In this document: positions 49,900 through 57,788 of the stretch, piece after piece
Position numbering within the stretch: position 1 is the stretch's first letter
How the letters are laid out: the number at the start of each line of letters is the position of its first letter
NCBI GenBank assembly: GCA_042577985.1
Contig: JBHPDI010000001.1
Location: 2,334 to 66,333 of the forward strand
Direction of reading: 5' to 3'
Length of the DNA: 64,000 nt
Origin: Halobacteriota archaeon
GTDB taxonomy: Archaea; Halobacteriota; UBA148
Position numbers and translations under genes: made by a program
The notes under the pieces: generated by a model
Told to the model about the DNA's origin: nothing
Database searches by the model: none
The model's input: only the letters and a program-made list of their open reading frames with translations

Positions 49900-51013
49900 C
49901 CCCTTTTCGAATATCTTTTATTTTGCTTATGATATAATCTAACTCATTCTTCCCAAGTAAAGGACTGCTAGGTATGTAAAATCCATTTTTAGCCACATAA
50001 TTGGCAACAGGGCATTCATCCTCTCTGACCCAACCTTTCTGAATAAAGATCTCCTGCATATTATAAGGAATAAAAGCTTCACGTGTTTCTATACCGTCTC
50101 TAGTCAATTTCTTCATGACGAACTCTCTTGGGAAATTAAATCCCTCCTGAAGAACTATATTGTACATCCAATAAACATTCTTAGCATAGTTTTTCTCAAC
50201 TGGTAGTCGTAAGCCAGAAATGTCTCTAAGGTTTTCGTCATAATAATGGGCAATCTTACGCTTTTTATCAATTATTTCATCAATTTTTTTAAGTTGGGCG
50301 CAACCAATAGCAGCTTGGATATTTGCCATGCGGTAACCAAATCCGATATCCGTGTGCATAAATTTATTATTTGTTCCGAAAGCTAAACTCTTTAAGGAGC
50401 GTACTTTATCGGCAATTTCAGCATTGTTTGTAGTTACCATGCCCCCTTCTCCCGTGGTGATAATTTTATTCGCATAAAAACTGAAGCACCCGACATCACC
50501 TAAAGAACCGACTTTTATTCCTTTGTACAGAGCACCGTGAGCTTCTGCACAGTCCTCAACGACATATAGCCCGTATTTCTTTGCTATCTTCAAAATTGGA
50601 TCCATGTCAACAGGATGACCATAAATATGCACAGCCAAAATTGCTTTAGTTTTTTCATTAATTTTTTCTTCAATTAACGCAGGGTTGATATTCCATGTGT
50701 CAGGTTCTATATCAATTGGAATGGGCTTGGCGCCTTGATATAGGACAGCAAAAAAGGTTGCCATATTAGTGAAGGAGGAAACCAAAATTTCATCGGCATG
50801 GCCGATTCCTAATGATGCTAATGCGAGATGCAATGCGGAAGTACCACTGTTTGTAGCAATACCATAAGCACAGCCAGAATAATGTGAAAAATCCTCCTCA
50901 AATTTATCTATATATTGTCCATATAGACCTGAAATCGCACCGTCTCCAAGTGCGGATAAAACGTATTTAGTTTCCTCTTCATCTAAAAATGGCTGAGATA
51001 CTGGAATCTTCAT
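49880..51013 (-). CDS. DegT/DnrJ aminotransferase, GDP-perosamine synthase-like
   Basis: SGTSALHLAL, EDCAEAHGA, SFYANKIITTGEGG (PLP Lys present). Confidence 0.9.
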   Translation of the reverse strand: MKIPVSQPFLDEEETKYVLSALGDGAISGLYGQYIDKFEEDFSHYSGCAYGIATNSGTSALHLALASLGIGHADEILVSSFTNMATFFAVLYQGAKPIPIDIEPDTWNINPALIEEKINEKTKAILAVHIYGHPVDMDPILKIAKKYGLYVVEDCAEAHGALYKGIKVGSLGDVGCFSFYANKIITTGEGGMVTTNNAEIADKVRSLKSLAFGTNNKFMHTDIGFGYRMANIQAAIGCAQLKKIDEIIDKKRKIAHYYDENLRDISGLRLPVEKNYAKNVYWMYNIVLQEGFNFPREFVMKKLTRDGIETREAFIPYNMQEIFIQKGWVREDECPVANYVAKNGFYIPSSPLLGKNELDYIISKIKDIRKGDGINGF

Positions 51014-51057
51014 TTGTCTAAGATTCCTCCTCTCGTGTGTTCCTGTTTCGGATTCTC

Positions 51058-51459
51058 TCATTTGTTTGCTACCCGATTACTATCTGATATTAATTTCTCT
51101 GTGAGCCTGTACGTATCTTTTTCGTAATTTTTACCTCCTCTGGGTCCCCTTGTGAATACAAGAAACTCTGAATCTTCCAGAGCAATTAAAGCGTGTTTTT
51201 CCATTGGAGGTGTGAAGACTAAATTTCCCGCCTTAATAATCGCAGTCTCAATTTCCTCTTCACCGATTTGTGTTAAAAGTTTTAGACAACCTTTAAGGAC
51301 AAAAGTATATTGCACGGATTCTTTGTGATAATGGTTCCCCCGGACTGCCCCTTTTTTTGACGATATAAGAGTGATATATTCAATAACCTCTTTTTCCAGG
51401 ATATCTGTTATTATACCCCTTTCATCTTCAAATGCATACTTCTTATTGGTTATCTTCAT
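51058..51459 (-). CDS. Cupin-fold NDP-sugar isomerase/epimerase-like protein
   Basis: EDERG, RGNHYHK...Q, H motifs. Confidence 0.75.
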   Translation of the reverse strand: MKITNKKYAFEDERGIITDILEKEVIEYITLISSKKGAVRGNHYHKESVQYTFVLKGCLKLLTQIGEEEIETAIIKAGNLVFTPPMEKHALIALEDSEFLVFTRGPRGGKNYEKDTYRLTEKLISDSNRVANK

Positions 51460-51479
51460 ATAGTTATCCTACCTATAAT

Positions 51480-52706
51480 TCAGTCTATAATGTGTGGTTT
51501 TGGAATAGGAATAATAAATTTTCCTCCAGCATCTTTATAATTTTTTAAATTCTTTATTATTTCATCAGCAAAATTCCAAGCTAACAAGAGGGCATAATCT
51601 GGCTTTTGTTTAATCAATTCAGAATCTGGCAAAACAGGTATATGTGTTCCTGGAGTATATTTTCCTATTTTCAGAGTTGATTTTTCGGTAACAAAATCAA
51701 GGATTTCAGGACCAATTCTGCAATAGTTCAATAAAGTCATCCCTTTTGCAGGTGCACTCACTCCGGCTATTCGTTTGCCTTCGTGTTTTATTGATTTTAA
51801 CATCCAGATAAGCTCCTCGCGATTGTGCTGCACAGATGTTGCGAAATTTTTGAGTGTATCGTGCTCATATATTCTCTTCTCTTTTTCAAGTTCAAGGAAT
51901 TTATCGACATTGCTAGAGATCGGATAGGCGTTTTTTCTTGCTACAAAATAACGCAAAGATCCTCCGTGGATATCTACTTTTTCAACGTCAAATATCTCCA
52001 TTCCAAATGTATGGAATAATATGCTCACGGGTTTAACCGATAGGTAGGATAGGTGTTCATGGTATATGGTGTCATACTCCAAATTTTCTATTAAATCAAC
52101 TAAGTAAGGCGCTTCAAAAATAAACACTCCATCATCGTCTAATAATATATCTAAAGCTCTTACTAGAGAATGTAGATCATTAATATGAGCAACAACATTT
52201 GTTCCAGTTACAACTTTCGCCTTCTTTCGTTCTTTTGTGATTGTACGTGATAAAGCTTCACTAAAAAAATCATGAATCGTTTCTATACCCCTTTTTATAG
52301 CTATTTCACCTATATTTCTTACTGGTTCAACGCCTAGTACATTAACAATACCTTGATTCTTGAAACCCTGGAGTAATACTCCAACGTTGCTTCCAATATC
52401 AACTACCAAATCCTTCTGCGTAAGACGAAATCTTGAAACTGCTTCCTGGGCGAGTGAATGAAAGTGTGCAACTCCTGTTTTAGTCGTGGATGACTCGTAG
52501 GGATAGGTCTCGTTGAACAACATCTCGGGTGGAACAACATAACCTATCTGGACTAGAGAGCAGCCATTACAGATAAAAGCCTCCAAAGGATAATATACTT
52601 CTGGCTCCGTCAATCTATTAGGGGATAAGAAATCATCCGCGGTGGGCGTGTGTCCTAGATCTAAGAATTTCGTTAAGCTTTTACTGTGGCAAATTCTACA
52701 CTGCAT
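51480..52706 (-). CDS. NDP-hexose C-methyltransferase (Zn-finger N-terminus; TylCIII/NovU family)
   Basis: CRIC...C..C, DIGSN.G.LL, YHEHLSY, HGGSLR, KIGKYTPG, LAWN. Confidence 0.88.
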   Translation of the reverse strand: MQCRICHSKSLTKFLDLGHTPTADDFLSPNRLTEPEVYYPLEAFICNGCSLVQIGYVVPPEMLFNETYPYESSTTKTGVAHFHSLAQEAVSRFRLTQKDLVVDIGSNVGVLLQGFKNQGIVNVLGVEPVRNIGEIAIKRGIETIHDFFSEALSRTITKERKKAKVVTGTNVVAHINDLHSLVRALDILLDDDGVFIFEAPYLVDLIENLEYDTIYHEHLSYLSVKPVSILFHTFGMEIFDVEKVDIHGGSLRYFVARKNAYPISSNVDKFLELEKEKRIYEHDTLKNFATSVQHNREELIWMLKSIKHEGKRIAGVSAPAKGMTLLNYCRIGPEILDFVTEKSTLKIGKYTPGTHIPVLPDSELIKQKPDYALLLAWNFADEIIKNLKNYKDAGGKFIIPIPKPHIID

Positions 52707-52751
52707 TTTAAGGTCTCATAATCAAATTTGTTTTTGTTTCAATTTGTGTTA

Positions 52752-53801
52752 TCAATCTATTTTAACATATCTTGAAAGGATTTTATCTTCACTTGGATAA
52801 TTGGGAGCATCCCACGGGAATTTTTCCCCACTTTGCCATCTCCCCCATTTACTTAAATCTTCGTTTACCATTTCCTCCACAAGCTCGTCAAATTTCACCT
52901 TAGGCTCCCAACCTAATTTCTTCTTTGCCTTTGAATAATCCCCTTGTAAGAAGTTGACATCCAAAGGTCTTTTGAATCTTTCGTCAATTTTAACATATTT
53001 TTGCCAATCTAAACCAACAATATCAAATGCTTTTTCTGCAAATTCTTTTACACTATGGGATTCATTCGTTGCCACTACGTAATCCTCTGGTTCTTTTTGC
53101 TGAAGCATAAGCCACATGGATTTAACATAGTCTGGTGCGTAGCCCCAGTCCCTCTTTGCTTCTAAGTTGCCTAATTTTAATTCCTTTTCTATTCCAAGAT
53201 CAATCTTTGCAACAGCGTTGGAAATTTTTCTCGTTACGAATTCTAACCCTCTTAATGGGCTTTCATGATTGAATAAAATTCCATTACATGCGAAAATATT
53301 GTACCCCTCCCGATACTGCTTTGTTAGCCAGTACCCGTATAACTTTGCTGCAGCGTACGGGCTGGAGGGTTTAAAAGGTGAGTCCTCGTTTAAACTCGAT
53401 GAATGCCCTCTTCCATATAATTCGCTTGTGGAAGCCTGATAAAACTTTATTTCTGGGTCGATTTGTCTGATAGCTTCTAAAATCCTCGTCACACCCAAAC
53501 CTGTTATCTCCCCGGTTCCAATAGGTTGTTCAAAAGATGCACCTACAAAACTTTGCGCCGCGAGGTGATAAATTTCATCGGGTTCCGCAATTTTAATTGC
53601 CTCCACCATAGAACTTGCATCTACTAAATCCGCAGGTATCAACTTCACCCTCTCAAAGATGTCTAAGTATTGCAATCTCCAGAAGTTCGGTGTGGAAATT
53701 CTCCTGTAAATCCCATAAACTTCGTATCCTTTATCTAACAGAAATTCTGCAAGATATGCACCATCTTGACCTGTTATGCCTGTTATTAATGCCTTTTTCA
53801 T
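52752..53801 (-). CDS. gmd: GDP-mannose 4,6-dehydratase family
   Basis: ITGITGQDG.YL, LAAQSFV, YQASTSE, YAAAK, NHESPLRG.EFVTRKI, RDWG. Confidence 0.93.
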   Translation of the reverse strand: MKKALITGITGQDGAYLAEFLLDKGYEVYGIYRRISTPNFWRLQYLDIFERVKLIPADLVDASSMVEAIKIAEPDEIYHLAAQSFVGASFEQPIGTGEITGLGVTRILEAIRQIDPEIKFYQASTSELYGRGHSSSLNEDSPFKPSSPYAAAKLYGYWLTKQYREGYNIFACNGILFNHESPLRGLEFVTRKISNAVAKIDLGIEKELKLGNLEAKRDWGYAPDYVKSMWLMLQQKEPEDYVVATNESHSVKEFAEKAFDIVGLDWQKYVKIDERFKRPLDVNFLQGDYSKAKKKLGWEPKVKFDELVEEMVNEDLSKWGRWQSGEKFPWDAPNYPSEDKILSRYVKID

Positions 53802-53951
53802 AATATCATCCTCTTTCCCATGCTTATATAAATATACAGCCTCTTATTACCAATATCTTTTAAAATGAAAATATTTTCAAAACATGTATCGAGTCGCCTA
53901 CGAATTCTCCATTGTGTGGAATAGGAATGTTAGGAGTGACGTAAATTATGT

Positions 53952-55082
53952 TCATAATAAATCCTCAATAACCTCTTGATATCTCTTTCCGATCACCATC
54001 CAATCAAAATTATCAATAACCCATTCTCTCGCTTTTTTCCCCATCTCTGTTTTTTTATCCCTGTTCATCAAAATCATTATTCTATCTGCCATCTCCTTCA
54101 CATTTCCCGGTTCAACCAAATATCCTGTTTCACCATTTTTTATCGTATCCAGCATGCCGCCTACTTTCGTCCCTATCACAGGTTTTTCACATGCCATTGC
54201 TTCTAAAACCACAATCCCATAAGGCTCTATTATACTTGGTTGAACGTAAATATCGCACTCTGAATATAAAAAAGGCATTTCATAGTTTGGAATGGGTTTT
54301 TCTAGAAACTCAACTTCTCCCTCTAAGCCAAGTCTTTTCACAAGATTTTTCAAATTCCTTTCTTCTGCTCCTCTCCCCAAGATGTATAGTTTTGCTTCTG
54401 ATGACTCTTGTAAGAGTTGCATCGCCTCTATTAGATAATTTAATCCTTTATATCTGTGCAATCTAGCAACCGTTAGAATCTTCAGTTTGCATGATGTGGA
54501 AAGCTGCCCCTTACCCTCCATTGGTCTGAACAATTTCGTGTCCACGCCAACATTTATTACTTTTATCTCTCTTTTTACTCCCAATTCTTTTATCATGAAT
54601 TCCTTGGCAGAATTACAGTGTGCAGTTATGACATCAACGCCATCTCTCACGATTTTGTTGACTGTTTTGTCAAAAGTTTTCAATAGAATCCTCTTTTTGA
54701 GATCCGTTGGATAATATGTTCTCTCCGTAGACAATATTGTAGGCGTTCGCTTTAACCTTGCTGCAAAGTAGGCGAGGTGACAGATGAATGGGTAGTCCTC
54801 TTGCAGGAGCACTACATCATAATCATTTTTGAGAATATGAGTAAAAACAGAAGGAACCATTGGATTTTCTCCTAAGTTCAAGGGTGTTGTGAAATATTTT
54901 ACCTTAAAATCGTAGGAATAAAAGTTGCAGTCTTTTCCTCTTATCATCACCTCTCTAGGGGCTTTCGCAGTGGAAGTGACAATCGTTACATCGTGTCCCA
55001 ACTTTGTGAGGCTCTGCGCAAGCCCATATTCGTTACCTCTAACAAAAGGTGTGAAAAATGGTACGACAATGCAGATTTTCAT
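53952..55082 (-). CDS. Glycosyltransferase family 4
   Basis: EPYGIVVLEAMAC.KPVI. Confidence 0.9.
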   Translation of the reverse strand: MKICIVVPFFTPFVRGNEYGLAQSLTKLGHDVTIVTSTAKAPREVMIRGKDCNFYSYDFKVKYFTTPLNLGENPMVPSVFTHILKNDYDVVLLQEDYPFICHLAYFAARLKRTPTILSTERTYYPTDLKKRILLKTFDKTVNKIVRDGVDVITAHCNSAKEFMIKELGVKREIKVINVGVDTKLFRPMEGKGQLSTSCKLKILTVARLHRYKGLNYLIEAMQLLQESSEAKLYILGRGAEERNLKNLVKRLGLEGEVEFLEKPIPNYEMPFLYSECDIYVQPSIIEPYGIVVLEAMACEKPVIGTKVGGMLDTIKNGETGYLVEPGNVKEMADRIMILMNRDKKTEMGKKAREWVIDNFDWMVIGKRYQEVIEDLL

Positions 55083-56140
55083 CTTATTTCCTCATACACG
55101 TCAATCAAACGCTCTGTTACATTGTCCCAATCCACCAAATTTCCACCATATTTGCCTCGCTTGATAGTAGCCACGCGTTTTATCGTTTTGATAAGGTCAT
55201 TCACATTCGTAGGCGATTTAACCTCAAAGCACATTTTGTTATCCATGAACTCGATCAATGAGCCAATATCGGATATGATGCAGGGTGTTCCGCTTGCAAG
55301 AGCCTCTGCCACTGTTATACCATAGGCCTCATGCTCAGAAAGCATGACAAATACATCTGCGGATTTGTAATGTTGAAGTAACTCGTGTCTTGGGAGACCT
55401 CTTATCCAGTCAATCTTCTTGCTTGTGCCAAGATTATTTGCCATTTTTTTTAGTTTTTGCTCATAGGGTCCCTTCCCTACGATCTCTAATCGATGTTCCA
55501 ATAATGGCAACGCTTGGATGACATATTGAACACCTTTGTATTTCTCGAGGCGACCTACGAACAAGATGGTTTTATTCTTCCTTTCTATGGGTTTAACGTC
55601 CTTGAACTCATCTAAATTTATGCCATTGGGAATGTGAGTCAATTTGGATGCAGGAATATTGAAATTCTCTTTTATTAAATTCAGCTCAAACTGTGATACA
55701 CATACTATTTTGTCTGATTTTTTAAGTATTCTCGCTCCAAGCGGGCGATATGGTTTGTGGAGTTGATTTCGGATGAATGAGTGCCCTGCTCCATGATAAT
55801 GAGGTGTGAAAACTAATTTTCGATCCTTTTTGGCTAGGGCACAGAATAACGCTGGAAATGCGTGGTAATTGTGCGTATGAATTATGTCATATTCTCGATT
55901 TATGAGATAACTGTAAATCTGTGGTGCAAAGAAAAAGGCATCATTGGGTGCGATTGACCTAAATCTGGTGATTTTGACGCCATTTACTTTATCTTTTTTT
56001 TGTAGCTTACCAGACGGGTTGGTGCATATAACTTCAACATCCCATCCATTTTTTACTAGACGCTCACTCAACTCCTTTACATGCGTCTCCACTCCACCTA
56101 TGTCTGGATGGTATCTGGGGCAAACTTGGGCTATTTTCAT
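55079..56140 (-). CDS. Glycosyltransferase family 4
   Basis: GGVE.HV, EAYGITVAEALASG. Confidence 0.9.
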   Translation of the reverse strand: MKIAQVCPRYHPDIGGVETHVKELSERLVKNGWDVEVICTNPSGKLQKKDKVNGVKITRFRSIAPNDAFFFAPQIYSYLINREYDIIHTHNYHAFPALFCALAKKDRKLVFTPHYHGAGHSFIRNQLHKPYRPLGARILKKSDKIVCVSQFELNLIKENFNIPASKLTHIPNGINLDEFKDVKPIERKNKTILFVGRLEKYKGVQYVIQALPLLEHRLEIVGKGPYEQKLKKMANNLGTSKKIDWIRGLPRHELLQHYKSADVFVMLSEHEAYGITVAEALASGTPCIISDIGSLIEFMDNKMCFEVKSPTNVNDLIKTIKRVATIKRGKYGGNLVDWDNVTERLIDVYEEIR

Positions 56141-56494
56141 TTTATTATTTACTCCCTACCGACAATTCCGTCAAAGCAATTGAACTATTGTATTGGTTAC
56201 AAGCTCTGACATCTTTATCTTTTCACATGGAGTGAAATATGCCTCCTTCCAACTTGGACGTTATTTTATATTTGTCCTCCATGAATCCAATAATCGCATC
56301 GGAAGCAGATTCTAATTTTTTCAAAAGCTTCTAATGCGTCTGATTTTATATATTTCTTGGATTACATCCTTATGGATCTTATCGCATCTCTGGACATCAG
56401 ATATATCTTTTATCTTTTTTTTTTTTATCCCTTAACATTTTAAGTATTTTGCATCTTTCTTAATTTTCAAAGCATTGGACATATTTGAGATTGT

Positions 56495-56507
56495 TATGGA
56501 CTAACCA
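56495..56507 (+). repeat. 13-bp inverted repeat, right copy (TATGGACTAACCA)
   Basis: Exact reverse complement of 32348-32360; lies at the - to + strand switch. Confidence 0.8.
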
Positions 56508-56563
56508 ATTGTTCATTATTCCAGAACTATTTATAAATCCTTACTACTTTATTACTTGTTACG

Positions 56564-57721
56564 ATGAGAAGTATATGTATCGTTGGGCCGTCGAAACGAT
56601 TTTTAAGTGGGATTAGTTATTATACTATTCGCTTGGCTAACGCATTGGCAATGTCAAATAATGTGTCAGTTGTCTGTTTGAGAAAATTATTGCCCCAATT
56701 TTTGTTTCCGGGGCGAGATCACGTTGGAAAAAAGATATCAGATCTTGAATTCTCGCCTAACATCGCAGTTTATGATGGCATGGACTACAATTCGCCATTG
56801 AGCTGGATTAGGGCATTTCACTTTGTCAAAAATAAAAACCCTGATGTGATCATATTACAATGGTGGACATCTTCTGTAGCACACATGCACCTTGTTTTAA
56901 AGGTGTTAAATGCGCTTTTGCTTAAATCAAAGTTTATAGTCGAGTTTCATGAGGTTGTAGATCCCTTGGAGGAGGCTATTTTGCCTATTAGGTTGTATTC
57001 ACGTGTATTTGGTCGTTTATTAACTCATAAAGCAGATGCATATATCGTACACTCCAGTTTTGACAAGAAGCAGATCGCATCCAAATATCACCTCGGTGAA
57101 GGGGAAATGTACATCATTCCACATGGACTTTATGATCATTATAAACCAATTGATGGGGGGAAAGCTAAATCTGCACTAAAGATCAAGGAGAAATTCGTCA
57201 TTTTGCACTTTGGATTGATCAGGAGATATAAAGGCATTCCATACCTCATCGATGCGTTCGAACGAATGCCAGAAGACGTGGCGAAGGACGCAAGATTGCT
57301 TATCGTGGGGGAGCTCTGGGAGGGCGGAGAGGATATAGTCCAGAGGGTTGCAAACTCAAAGCGCGCGGGTCAGATAACGTTGATACCAAAATACGTCTCT
57401 GATAGTGATCTCCCGCTATATTTTTCAGCAGCGGATGTTATCGTTTTTCCCTACACAAGGGCATCACAGAGTGGTGCAGCCCATATAGCAATGTGCTTTA
57501 AAAAGCCAATAATAGCTTCTAAGGTCGGGGGATTGAAGGAATCCATGTCAAAATATGAAGGAACATCTTTCGTTCCACCAGGCGATGCAAATGCGATTGC
57601 AAAAGCACTCATAACCTGCTATGAGGAGCCGAAAGAAATCAAATGTAATTTAGCAGAGTTTAGCTGGAATACAATCACATCCAAGTACTTTGATGTAATA
57701 GATAGAATCAGCAATAAATAA
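56564..57721 (+). CDS. Glycosyltransferase family 4
   Basis: SGISYYT, FGLIRRYKG, FPY..ASQSG; TTTATAAA TATA box at ~56530. Confidence 0.9.
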   Translation: MRSICIVGPSKRFLSGISYYTIRLANALAMSNNVSVVCLRKLLPQFLFPGRDHVGKKISDLEFSPNIAVYDGMDYNSPLSWIRAFHFVKNKNPDVIILQWWTSSVAHMHLVLKVLNALLLKSKFIVEFHEVVDPLEEAILPIRLYSRVFGRLLTHKADAYIVHSSFDKKQIASKYHLGEGEMYIIPHGLYDHYKPIDGGKAKSALKIKEKFVILHFGLIRRYKGIPYLIDAFERMPEDVAKDARLLIVGELWEGGEDIVQRVANSKRAGQITLIPKYVSDSDLPLYFSAADVIVFPYTRASQSGAAHIAMCFKKPIIASKVGGLKESMSKYEGTSFVPPGDANAIAKALITCYEEPKEIKCNLAEFSWNTITSKYFDVIDRISNK

Positions 57722-57788
57722 CCCTTCAAAAGATTTATGTGAGATGTGATACTGTGTTTAATGCTTAAAGTGATGGAGAAGATGACCG

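Noticed and set aside
53891..53940. Imperfect palindrome (minus strand TCCTAAC...CGTAGGCG) resembling a short attC
   Set aside because: The R' box lacks GTT, there is no similarity to the 11.9-kb element, and it could be a simple terminator-like hairpin
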